This document shows positions 1-11,584 of a stretch of 64,000 nt of DNA, piece by piece. How positions within the stretch are numbered: position 1 is the stretch's first letter; each line of letters begins with the position of its first letter. The DNA is from Nemertoderma westbladi (taxonomy: Eukaryota > Animalia > Xenacoelomorpha): positions 27,577-91,576 of the forward strand of contig JAUCBJ010001381.1 of the NCBI GenBank assembly GCA_032718475.1, read 5' to 3'. A model generated the notes under the pieces. The model was given only the letters and a program-made list of their open reading frames with translations, was not told where the DNA came from and ran no database searches. The position numbers were made by a program, and so were the translations under genes.

Positions 1-89
1 CCATACGCTATTAAATCTATGTTATGAATTTAATAAATGAACACCACAAACATTCACGATTCAGGTGAAATTCGTTTTCTAAAAAATAA

Positions 90-525
90 AAGTCCATAAC
101 GATTTAAGTGTGAGTCCGTAACATTTTTTTCTGTGAGTCCGTAACGAACAATTGACCCTAAAAATGTGGTTTAGCACCACATATTTCTGGTACTAATTTA
201 AAAATTTAAAAATTTGATGTATCTACTTTGCATTGTGAAAGTTATAACGTATGGCGTTAAATATTTCAAGAGAATTTGTCAAAATAAAATTGGGTGATTT
301 TTCTTTGTCCATTTGCATGTGAGTCCGTAACGGGCACTATATTTAAAACATCCTATGAATCAAATGAGATACAACTCTTTTTGATCAAGTCAAAGTAAAG
401 ATGTACCATTAATCCATCAGCCACCATAGGTAAATGTTATTTATATTGTAAAGTTACTAATTAAATATGCCAATTAATTTGGAAAATTGCGTACGAATGT
501 GAGTCCGTAACGATGAAATTGCCCT
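90..525. mobile_element. Probable end of a non-autonomous DNA transposon with subterminal repeats
   Basis: TGTGAGTCCGTAAC occurs at about 109, 132, 318 and 498 (variant at 91), and the last copy is followed by GAAATTGCCCT. The other end is not in the window. Confidence 0.45.
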
Positions 526-2624
526 ATTGCTCCATATAGCTCCATATACCTTTTAGTGTGTACCCTGCTTGCCGACCTCATGGTCGGGAGTCAACTCGGC
601 TGGATAAAAAGCGCCCTAATAACCTCTTTCCGATCCCTCTTTCCATTCCTTATATGATTTCAACGTCAAACCAAAATATAGCCCATTAACCAAAATCCCA
701 AGGCAGGCAGGGGTCGGAGATTTGAATGGAATTTTCACCCATTGTTGATACTATAGCATATAGCTTGATTTCATTGGTGATGCCCTATTTGCAAAAATCT
801 GTTAAGCACTTTATTTCGGATGGTGTCTAAAATTTATCTGATTAGTTTTTTATTAGTCTTAGTTTTTATTAATTGTGATTGATTCTATCCATTGGATTTT
901 CGTATTTAAATTAGTAAACTACTGTAATTATCAGAACCAGGCATTAAGTTTTGAAAATCCTCTGAAAATTTGACATGTTTGAAGAATACCAATTTTGTAA
1001 TATTGAGCTTTCAATTTTAATTATTATTTATAAATTAATGAAATAAAAATTATCTGAAAAAATAATGGAAAATGACTAATAATAAATTGCTAAAGTACTA
1101 ATAAGTATTAAAGAGCTAGTAATTTTAATTTTGTGTTAGCTAGTACTTTTTATTAAAATTATCATACAGTATTATCCCATAGCGTACTCTATTAATACAC
1201 CATGTCCCAGAATATAGTGTCGTAATTCAGTGACACGCCCCCCCCCCCCCCCCCCCTTATTTTTCTACAAATCTTAATGAGATTGCATGAAATTTGAAAC
1301 AGAGATAGTTCCACCTCCCGACCACTGACTGGGTGATCCAGAATTTTTATTTTTGCTTTCAATCTTTAGCTACAAGCGTTTAAAAAATTGTCTCCAGCGA
1401 TATTACACCAGTTTCACCGCAGTTATTATTCTAGCTTATAGCTGTTTGTTGGTACCAATGGAAAGCTGGCCCTGCTAGGATTTCAAATATGTAAGTAACA
1501 CAATTTGAATTTCGTTGGAAAATAGCTGAGATATGGGCGTTCAAATGTTGCATGGTTATGCACCTGCGCGAGGCTATTATATTCTATTTAATAAATGCAT
1601 CATAATCTGGAATATTTTGTTTATCCAAATACGTAGCTGGGCAACAATGCATTACATCTTTAATCATACTATTAAGTAGCTATTCATACATTTAAAAAAT
1701 GTTCCAGAATATGGTTTATTTATTAATAGAATAAAACGTCACCTTCAAGGCAGATCCGCCTAAGTCGATTTTTGCGGTTTTTTTGTTGAAAATTCGCACT
1801 TATGGTGTTTTGCCAAAACAAGGAGAACACCGTTTTCTGGTATTATCCCGTAACTATACGATAGTTGCGGGGTATTGCCTAGAAAACAAGGCATCCTCAA
1901 TTAGGCAAAACACCATAAGTCCGAATTTTTACAAAAAACACGCAAAATATATCAAATTATATCCAAGGCGTTTCGTACGTCCTTAATAATTTAGTGCGTA
2001 GTGCGCACGTAATACATGTGCGCATTTGTTATTAGCTAATACGTGCTATCTAACATGTGTTAACTAGCACATGAGCAGGTGTTAGTATTACCTGTGAACG
2101 CAATAATAACAAATAAGCACATACAATACAGCTAACACACTTGCGCACATGTTGGAAATTTTTGAATTCAAAATTCTAAAGTGTTCCATAAGTTTTTTGG
2201 ATATTTTGGTATTAATTGCTTCTAAAATAAGTACGGGACTGTAGTTAGAATCATGTATCAATACAAATTGAACAAAATGTAGCCAAATGCAGAACTATAA
2301 GAACAAAATTTAGATTCAAGAAAGCGGAACTCTAAGTACAAAATATAGCCATGGGTGGTACTCTACAGTAAGAACAAAGTCTAGCTACGTCATGACGAAT
2401 AATTAAAGACTGTTTTTTCTACAGTACGTGCCAACATTTTGGGGCAACTCTATCAGCAACTTGGTGAGCATGTCAGGTTGCCGATCAAGTTGATCTATGT
2501 AAACGCGAAGTTTGTTGCTGTATAAGATGCCTCATATAACGGAGACTAAAAGTTAATGGTTACTCAAATTAAGTTGCTTGTTGCTGACCAAGTTATCCAA
2601 AACGTCCGGAACCCCATAGCGACT

Positions 2625-3150
2625 TGGACACAAACATTAAATGAAGGCCAGATATTTATCAGCGCCACAAGCATTAATGTGTGACAAACATTAATCAGGG
2701 GGACAAACATTAATCAGGAGGACAAACATTAATGTGGGACACAAACATTAATGAGGGACACAAACATTAATGAGGGACACAAACATTAATGAGGGACACA
2801 CACATTAATGAGGTACACAAACATTAATGAGGGACACACACATTAATGAGGTACACAAACATTAATGAGGTACACAAACATTAATGAGGGACACAAACAT
2901 TAATGAGGGACACAAACATTAATGAGGTACACAAACATTAATAAGGGACACAAACATTAATGAGGTACACAAACATTAATGAGGGACACAAACATTAATG
3001 AGGGACACAAACATTAATGAGGTACACAAACATTAATAAGGGACACAAACATTAATGAGGTACACAAACATTAATGAGGGACACAAACATTAATGAGGGA
3101 CACAAACATTAAACGAGGGACAGATATCCATCAAGGGCACAAACATTAAT
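2625..3150 (+). repeat. 19-bp tandem array (CACAAACATTAATGAGGGA)n
   Basis: Directly visible, more than 20 units. Confidence 0.95.
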
Positions 3151-3754
3151 AAAGGGCACCATCATTGCATTCCATTCATGTTATCCCCCATGGCACTTAG
3201 TATGATTCCTGTTATCACCCATACACATACAATATATTACAGTATTACCTACAATTCTCATTACTGTCAAGCAATACAATAATAACAATAAATAATAACA
3301 TATTAATTTGACCAATAATCTATGTTATTACCAATTGAGGGAAAGGATCAGGTTAAAGAGATGGTTTTTCTAACCAAAACAATAAACGACGTTGTTACAG
3401 TACTAATAAGGGAAGGAGTAAAAAAATAATTAACATGAAGGGGAGACTGGAATGGGGGGGGGGGGGTAACATGAATGGTGGGGGTAGGAGGTAAACTGAA
3501 AATATGGGGGTATAACAGACGGGGGGGGGGGGGGGTAGCAGCAAAACAGGCAGCTGAACAACGTAACCAAACGTCGCTTTCAATTAATTTCCATCTAATT
3601 AGGTAGATGGAATGTATACAAAGCGGCGCTACTTTGATCGAAGCTCACGTTCCCATGGTAGTATTTTTTCAGTATCAGTTTATCACTTATTATCTGATCG
3701 TCTGATGGCAAGCATCACCATCGCTCATATTAATATCCATTGGCAAGCATTCAC

Positions 3755-4272
3755 CCCTGTTTGTGCCCCTGATTAATGTGTGTCCCGCATCAATGTTTAT
3801 GTCCCTCATTAATGATTGTATCCCTCATTAATGTTTGTGTCCCTCGTTAATGTTTGTGTCCCTTATTAATGTGTGTCCCTCATTAATGTTTGTGTCCCTC
3901 GTTAATGTCTGTGTCCATCATTAATGTGTGTCCCTCATTAATGTTTGTGCCCCTTATTAATGTGTGTCCCTCATTAATGTGTGTCCCTCATTAATGTTTG
4001 TGTCCCTCGTTAATGTTTGTGTCCATCATTAATGTGTGTCCCTCATTAATGTTTGTGATAATTGATGATTGTGACCCTGATTAATATCTGTGCCCCTTAT
4101 TAATGCATGTGCCCTTGATTAATATGTGTCCTAATTAATGTTTTTGTCCCTTATTAATGTTTGTACCACTTAATGTGTGTCCCTGATTAATGTTTGTGTC
4201 CCTGATAAATATTTGTATCCCAGATTATACAGCATAAATAAATGTTTGTGTTCCCTCAATAATGTTTGTGTC
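3755..4272 (-). repeat. Inverted, more degenerate copy of the 19-bp array (TCCCTCATTAATGTTTGTG)n
   Basis: Reverse complement of the unit at 2625-3150. Confidence 0.9.
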
Positions 4273-4307
4273 ATGGCCGCAATACAAACTAGTATATAAA
4301 TGAGAAA

Positions 4308-4390
4308 TTACGGGGTTTTGCCAGGTTATTGTTTCTGATTTAAGGGGTTTTACAGGTTGTTATTTCTGATTTAAGGGGTTTTGCCAGGTG
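4308..4390 (+). repeat. About 31-bp tandem repeat (TTAAGGGGTTTTGCCAGGTTATTGTTTCTGAT), about 2.7 copies
   Basis: Directly visible within the middle TIR element. Confidence 0.7.
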
Positions 4391-5365
4391 GACTGAATTC
4401 CATATACTTGAATTTACGGTGTTTTGCAAGCCAATTATTGACTTGTGTGGTTCTGCCTCGAAGTGGGCATAAGTTACGGGGAACTGCCTTTGGCTTATAA
4501 CTCAAAAATGGCTGGTAGAAAAGCTTCGGGGTTCTGCCAGACGAAAAAGCCGATATCGAATTACCCAAAAAGTCAAAAACATGAAAATCGAAAAAAATCG
4601 ACTTAGGGGGTTCTGCCTTGAAGGTGACGAAAATAGCCTCGCGTCGTTGCAAAACCAAGCAAGATTTGAACGCTCATATCTCAGCTATTTTTCAACGAAA
4701 TTCAAATTGTGTTACATATTTGGAATCCTTGCAGGGCCAAACAGCTATAAGGTAGAAGAATAACTGCGGTGTAACTGGTATAATATCGCTGGAGACACTT
4801 TTTTTAAACGCATGTAGCTAAAGATTGAAAGCAAAAATCGAATTCTTGCTCACCCAGTCAGTGGTCGGGAGATGAAACTATCTCTGTTTCAAATTTCATG
4901 CAATCTCATTACGATTTGTAAAAAAATTAGGGGGGGGGGGTGTAGGCGTGTCACTGAAATACGGAAAAAATGTTCTAGAACAAATAAAGTGTTCTAGAAC
5001 CTTAATTTGATAGCTAACATTGTTTTAATTCATGATTGTATTGTAAGGAATTAAATTGAAAGTTTAATTGTTTATAAAAAACACTCCAGTTACAGAAAAC
5101 TCCAATTTCTAGAATATGTAATAACGCAAAGATTTATTAATTGGAATTGTAAGAAAAGTTTACAATTGGTTTAGGAAAATAGTAATAATTATGTAACTTT
5201 CTTATCTAGTCATTTACATTCAAATGAATTAGCAAGTTTATGAATGAAATCAAATCATAATTATACTAATGAAACGAACAAATCTATTACCAGCTCTACC
5301 ATAGTACTGGTACAATATATACCTACGTTATCTGAGAGTACTGTTGGCCTGCAATAATAGTCAAA

Positions 5366-8129
5366 ATGAAAACACTTGCAAAGTTTTATTTTTCACAAAA
5401 GGTGTACACCTCATGTGGACAAGATGATTCTAGCATAAGTAAGCAAGAACGAAAGAGGTTGCAATCTCTGAAACATCCAAACATAGAGGATCAATTTATA
5501 AGTTACGACCCATCAGATCCTTTCAATATGGATTTTTATGAATACGATAACATTGCAATGACAATGGAAAAACGTACTGAGAAAGAAACTATAACAGAAT
5601 CAACTTACAATGTAAATGTAAAACTGGGTCATAAAGTGTGTAATGAGGATCATAATGGTCGAACACACAATGATGATTTCTTCTACTATCGAATCCAGTT
5701 ACAATCGGAGAAAGATAAATTTGGAAGAAATTTTGGTACTCGGCAATCTCATGAAGAAATAACCGTAATACCAATAGGTTTCAAGGTGAAAAAACCAAAT
5801 GTGGAAGTTCTCGCTTATAACGAGAGAAATAAGAAGGAAAAAATAAAATTTGTGTTTTATTTTAATAAAAATGAAAAAACAGTTAATAACGCGTACGATC
5901 TAATAGTTAACGACCTAATGGGCGTGACGGATGCTGCAGAGTGGCAATTCTCAAATAAGAGTTCGCAAGGAGAATACAATAAAGTTGGTATGAAAAATTC
6001 TGATAATCTTAGGCCTAATGATACCGAGTTTAAGTTTAAGCTTGAGTGCATGTACAAAGGAGAACAGCCAAAAAATTACTCACGACTTATGAAACTATTT
6101 AAAGGAACTTCTTGCATTCCGTACAAAGATGTAGAACATCACAAAGTTCCCATTCCTAATCTCCTCAAGGCTGCAGTAATCTGGGTCGAAACGTTTGGCT
6201 TCGGTAATAATGACCTGTATGCGTATGGAGATCCTAACATGATTGATTGTTTAAAAGTAAAAGACAAGTTTCTCGAAAACCTTGAAAAAAAGAACAAACT
6301 TCCCCTTGGAAATAAAGCAGTCGATGCACGTTATCGACACATGGTTTGTAACATAGTAGTTGGATGTTTTCGAGATCACATTAGTGATGGTCACAAATGC
6401 TGTAATGCAGATGGCATTATTGATCTGACAAACATGACGTGCAAATTATTCATGAATCACATTTGTAAAGCAATTAATCGTAATTCGTATGCCTCTGAAA
6501 TAAGTGATGACAACTCTAACAAGTTGAGGGATCACATCAGAATGCGGTTTCCTGAGTTTGAGGGGTGCCACTTATCTACTGATACCCGGCCAATGCATTT
6601 GATAACACAGCATACACGATCCCACGCAGTTGCGAGATCAAGGCAAGACCCTGGGAGATTTGGAAGGGCCAATTTTAATGGTCTCCCTCCAGTACACTGC
6701 CTGGACACAAGAACAGCGCCAGAAAGTAGATTGGAAAGGGTCAATTCTAATGAAGTCCATCAACGACAATACGTGGGCGTGAGAACAGCGCCAGAGAGGA
6801 TATTGGAAAGGGTAAATTCTAATGAAGTCCATCAACGACAATACGTGGGCGTGAGAACAGCGCCAGAGAGGATATTGGAAAGGGTAAATTCTAATGAAGT
6901 CCATCAACGACAATATGTGGATGCGAGAACAGTACCAGAGAAGATATTGGAAAGGGTCAATTCTAATGAAGTCCATCAACGACAATATGTGGATGCGAGA
7001 ACAGTACCAGAGAAGATATTGGAAAGGGTCAATTCTAATGATGAAGTCCATCAACGACAATACGTGGGCGTGAGAACAGCGCCAGAGAGGATATTGGAAA
7101 GGGTCAATTCTAATGAAGTCCATCAACGACAATACATGGATGCGAGAACAGTACCAGAGAAGATATTGGAAAGGGTCAATTCTAATGAAGTCCATCAACG
7201 ACAATACGTGGGCGCAAGAACAGCGCCAGAAAGGATATTGGAAAGGGTCAATTCTAATGATGAAGTCCATCAACAACAATACGTGGGCGTGAGAACAGCG
7301 CCAGAGAGGATATTGGAAAGGGTCAATTCTAATGAAGTCCATCAGCAACAATATGTGGATGCGAGAACAGTACCAGAGAAGATATTGGAAAGGGTCAATT
7401 CTAATGATGAAGTCCATCAACAACAATACGTGGGCGTGAGAACAGCGCCAGAGAGGATATTGGAAAGGGTCAATTCTAATAAAGTCCATCAGCAACAATA
7501 TGTGGATGCGAGAACAGTACCAGAGAAGATATTGGAAAGGATCAATTCTAATGAAGTCCATCAACGACAATACGTGGGCGCAAGAACAGCGCCAGAAAGG
7601 ATATTGGAAAGGGTCAATTCTAATGATGAAGTCCATCAACAACAATATGTGGGCAGTGAGAGCAGCGCCAGAGAGGATATTGGAAAGGGTAAATTCTAAT
7701 GAAGTCCTTCAGCGACAATACATGGACGCGAGAACAGTACCAGAGAAGATATTGGAAAGGGTCAATTCTAATGAAATTCCTCCAGGATTCTTTGATACGA
7801 ATATACTATATCAAGCCAATAACAACCGAGCTAGACTTTACGAGATATTTATATCACAAAGGGCAAATGATTTCAACTACAATCCTAATATGTCTGACAT
7901 CACTTTTGAACAGTGGTTACGAGAAACAAATTTCAGAGAGGTTATACGATCAGAAACGAATCAGCAGGGAGTCAGCAGGGTAATGGTCAATTCTGACAAA
8001 GCCCATGGAGGTGAAGAGATTGAGTATAGCGTCATTGATCCAGTTAGCACAGCGCTATTGCACAATGACATGAAGGAATCGGATGTGGATGACTCGGGTA
8101 CTGTTGAATATGCAAGCTTATCACTTTAG
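5366..8129 (+). CDS. Uncharacterised protein (about 920 aa if corrected): ~450-aa non-repetitive N-terminus, ~15 tandem 24/25-aa repeats and an acidic tail; one frameshift at ~7655
   Basis: ORF 5366-7699 (777 aa) continues in ORF 7500-8129 after one extra A (GTGGGCAGTGAG vs consensus GTGGGCGTGAG). There are no TE motifs. It may be a large exon rather than a complete gene. Confidence 0.6.
6708..7778 (+). repeat. Coding tandem repeat, 72/75-bp units (RTAPERILERVNSN(D)EVHQRQYVGV)
   Basis: About 15 units; the length variants differ by an in-frame GAT. Confidence 0.95.
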
Positions 8130-8499
8130 GTTTTATAGATTATCAGTTTATCAATTACGCTGTACACGAAATGTTTGCATTGAAAGTATTTGTTTATGCA
8201 ATATTATTGTCCTCTTATATTATATATTATAGAAAATGCTATTATAATCAATGATTTGATATGATCAATGATATGGATTCTTCCACATTTAATTCAAAAT
8301 TATTTGTTACTTTTAGTTAACCTAACACCCAGACAATGTAAAACTGGCACAAAACAAAAACCAAGTTTACTAATAAAAAAACATAAAAAGAGAAAGAGAA
8401 AATGTTTATTTATCAAAATTAATTGAGCTAAACTGCAAGGCACAGTAACCGAAGAAAATTCCTCTAGCAAAAGGGAAATAAAATATATATAAGATAAAA

Positions 8500-9255
8500 T
8501 GGTTGGAAGCTACAGTACTCCTTGGATGAAGGGGGGGGGGGGGGGGGGGGACTGTGGCTGTGCGGCGTTCCCAAGCCACATACAGACAGCCAGGTGTTGG
8601 AAGAGATGCCAGATTGTATCACCGGGGGGAAGCCCTCGGCGGAGTTCTAACAGCCGCCCAATCTCCCGGATCAATTGCGCCGACTGCACTTCCCACCCTC
8701 CAAGAGCTTCTACTACAAGTGGGATGAACACCACCCCTGAAAAACGGAGGTCTGCAGAGTGCTCTGTCAGCTTGTTGTCCCTTGCCACAGTATGGGCGTG
8801 GCTGGGGTGCAATGCAGAACACTGGATGGTCAGAGACTGCAGGGCCATTGGCTGCCCTCTATGCCAGTATGGTATGTATACGTCAGCTGGGCAACTGTGT
8901 GAGCCGGCAACTTTCCACCAGGGCACGAGAGCAACTGATTGTGCTGCGGAGAAAATGGCATCCCTGAGAGCGTCATGGTGGCTGATGCGGTCACCACCAC
9001 CACCACACTTAACATTATGGTCCTAAAAGTTGTTGTACACTAACCCGCAAACTGGGCAGAGGGTCGGTCCCTACTCAGTACTGAAGGCATGACTGGTACT
9101 CCCTATCCAGTAGGTGTAGGCCGAGAGGAATGGATGGGATCACCTGCAGCCCGTCAACGGGATGTGGTAAGGATGTAGAATTAGAGATCAATGGAACGGG
9201 TGCCTGGGACAGTGGAGTGGAGTGTTAGAGGTATATTGTATAGGCCATGCCTTAC
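8500..9255 (-). mobile_element. 3' fragment of a CRE-clade non-LTR retrotransposon (zinc knuckle plus restriction-like endonuclease), degenerate
   Basis: Minus-strand translation gives LQVIPSIPLGLHLLDREY, CPVC..DHNVKC, GDRISHHDALRDAIFSAAQS, PADV and FIPLVVEALGGW..LFQHLAVCMWLGNA, with stops and frameshifts. Confidence 0.85.
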
Positions 9256-9279
9256 AGGTGGAGGTCGGTATGCAGCTCT

Positions 9280-9467
9280 CAGTATGTACATATATTATAT
9301 TATTAGTATTATATGTATTAGTATTATATATATAGTATATATTATATTAGTATATATATATATAGTATTAGTATTATTAGTTATTTGGTATTATATTTGT
9401 GTGTATTAAAGTAAAGTGTCAGGCTTGTACTGTATAAACGTGTATTTAACATGGTAGCAGAGCGTGG
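9280..9467 (+). mobile_element. LTR 3' end plus initiator-Met tRNA primer binding site (truncated LTR retrotransposon relic)
   Basis: ...ATTTAACA (9451) is followed directly by TGGTAGCAGAGCGTGG, and an ATTAAA signal lies upstream. Confidence 0.65.
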
Positions 9468-9624
9468 CTGTACTGGCACCAAACAGCTTTAGGCCTATTG
9501 AAAACTTATTTTAATATATAAATATTGGTGTGGCAAAGACAGAGATCAACTACTATGGCGTCTCTAAAGGGTCAAAATATAAATGAATAAAAACCTCTAT
9601 GAAACAAGAAAAATGCCTCCATAT

Positions 9625-9933
9625 TTGTTACTGCAGTAATAAATAATTGTTACTGCAGTAGAAATTATTAATTACTGCAGTAATAAATAAAAATTATTTT
9701 TTACTGCAGTATGAATTATTTGTTACTGCAGTAAAAAAAACTTTTATTTATTACTGCAGTAATAAATAATTGTTACTGCAGTAATAAATAATTGTTACTG
9801 CAGTAATAAATATTTGTTACTGCAGTAACAAATAATTATTGCTGCAGTAATAAATATTTGCTACTGCAGTAATAAATATTTGCTACTGCAGTAGCAAATA
9901 AATGTTACTGCAGTAATAAATAATTGTTACTGC
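9625..9933. repeat. About 22-bp minisatellite with palindromic core TTACTGCAGTAA, cut mid-unit by the BEL LTR
   Basis: About 12 units; the last ends ...TTGTTACTGC|TGTCCGG. Confidence 0.9.
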
Positions 9934-10193
9934 TGTCCGGAATATTTCGGAATCCCGGACATCGAAAATATCACAGACCGAAAGAAAACATGTATTTCTT
10001 GCTTGCTAGTATATTACTCAGTTCGTATATATATCAGTATATGATAGGATAACGTACATACATAAATGTCAGATAACACAAAACTAAAACAGTAAAAACT
10101 AAAAGCACGGTGTACTCTACTGCCGTACTGCCTGACTGAACTACCAACTGAAAGCACCCAGCTGATCATCCTAAATACAGTATATTTGGGACA
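9934..10193 (-). repeat. BEL LTR 1 (3' LTR of copy A)
   Basis: 260 bp, TG...CA termini. Confidence 0.95.
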
Positions 10194-10318
10194 CACTGGG
10201 CCCCAGAGAAAATACATATTTGCACAACAGATACTTAGCTTCATGGATAAGACAAAACTAGTAAGACACAAATATGTTTACATAGAAAATTGATTAAAAA
10301 TATCTTTCAAATATAAAT

Positions 10319-11584
10319 TCAATCGCTTTCACCTTCACTTTCACTTTCATAGACTTGCATAATTTTACGTCTTGCGTCAATAGCAGCTTTACGTTTCGGT
10401 CGAACTACATCAGCTGTTTCAACCGTAGTTTCGGTCGAAGTCAATGTGGGTGTAGGGTCATGAACATCAGGGCACTCCAAGGGATAAAGACGCTTGATTG
10501 GCCTTACACAACTACCATTCTTAGTCCTTAATGTCACTGATCGTACATGACCATCTATACCTTTATGTAACTCGATGACCTTTCCTAATGACCACTGCAT
10601 ACGAGGTATCTTGTCACCAATCAATACAACATCGCCGATATTTGGAGATCATATAATTTCCTTGGCTGTACCCCGATGAAACTCGCGTAATGTTGACAAA
10701 TAATCCTTATTCCACAGACACCATGCTCGATTAAGAATGTTCTCAAGATATTGATGGCGTTCGATTAGCCCCTCTCGAATTCCGAACGGAGGATCATTAT
10801 TCAGATTGTTACTCTCTTCAATATCGACAGGATATCCTGAGATGCGATGTCCGATGAGTAGCATAGAGGGTGTTAAGGGTTCTACTTCTCCAACGTTAGA
10901 ACTAACATAGGTTAATGGCCGGTCGTTCATCATTGCTTCAACCTCTGTTACAATGTTCTGCAGAGCCTCGAAATCGATAATGCGACGTCCTAATGCCCTC
11001 TTCAAAATACTTTTCCCTATTCCGATCAATCGCTCGTAGAGCCCTCCAAACCAAGGAGAATACGGAGGGATGAATTCCCAAGAACAACGTTGTGATAAGA
11101 GGTAACTCTGAACTGATGAGTCACCTTGTAAGTCTCGTAAATCTAGGTCAGCACCAATGAATGTGGTTGAATTGTCACTTATAAAACGCGACGGACATCC
11201 TCTACGCGCTATAAATCTACGTAGCGCACATAATAAAGTTTTGACTGAATTGTCCCGTACGACTTCCCAATGGACAGCCCTAGATGAAGCGCACGTAAAA
11301 AGAACAAGGTATGCCTTAACAATTTCGTTGCATTCTTCCACTTGTAAAGCGCCTGTATAATCAACACCAGTTGTGTTGAAGGGCCGAGACACCTGGACAC
11401 GATAGGCAGGTAAGGGAGGAATGGGAACTGATGAATAAGACGGTCCTTGAACACGAATGCAATTTTTACAACTACGGACTAAGGAGTTTACTCTCTGTCT
11501 GATACGAGGAATCCACCAGTTTTGTCTAATATGCATAATAGTCTGAGAAGCTCCCACATGCATGTGACGATAATGGAAATCCAA
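10319..11584 (-). pseudogene. BEL integrase (DDE core plus C-terminal domain), interrupted by an in-frame TGA at 10649
   Basis: GVDYTG, FISDNSTTF, PWFGGLYERLI, RPLT, WSLGKVIELHKGIDGHVRSV. Confidence 0.9.

Larger units (their letters stand above)
2617..4282. mobile_element. Inner foldback element with inverted 19-bp repeat arrays (Academ-like TAGCG terminus)
   Basis: TAGCGACTTGGACACAAACATTA at the left end versus TAATGTTTGTGTCATGGCCGCAA at the right end. The two arrays face each other across about 600 bp of unique sequence. Confidence 0.6.
1737..4629. mobile_element. Middle TIR element nested in the outer MITE
   Basis: TIR CGTCACCTTCAAGGCAGA..TAAGTCGATTTTT (1737) mirrors AAAAATCGACTTAG..TCTGCCTTGAAGGTGACG (4629). 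It is flanked by AAAA/AAAA. Related MITE copies near 54195 and 60275 show the empty site (AATAAATGGCC). Confidence 0.75.
1198..4963. mobile_element. Outer foldback/MITE DNA element (TA|CACCATG terminus) carrying nested inserts
   Basis: Arms of about 300-350 bp at 1220-1560 and 4650-4963 are reverse complements (e.g. GAGATTGCATGAAATTTGAAACAGAGATAG / CTATCTCTGTTTCAAATTTCATGCAATCTC; poly-C vs poly-G). Related copies lie at 54160-54380 and 60032-60666. Confidence 0.8.

Noticed and set aside
545-650. Possible SINE 3' ends here and at ~55450-55500 and ~59440-59545
   Set aside because: Only short tails are visible ((TTCCA)-like, (CTACAT), (AGAATT)), which is not enough to define elements.
6638-7645. 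335-aa antisense ORF
   Set aside because: It is confined to the repeat and is a shadow of the plus-strand coding repeat.
9191-9409. Hydrophobic 72-aa ORF, and LTR-internal ORFs (10014-10271, 21414-21611, 22397-22642, 36871-37113)
   Set aside because: These are low-complexity AT-rich or LTR sequences with no recognisable domains.
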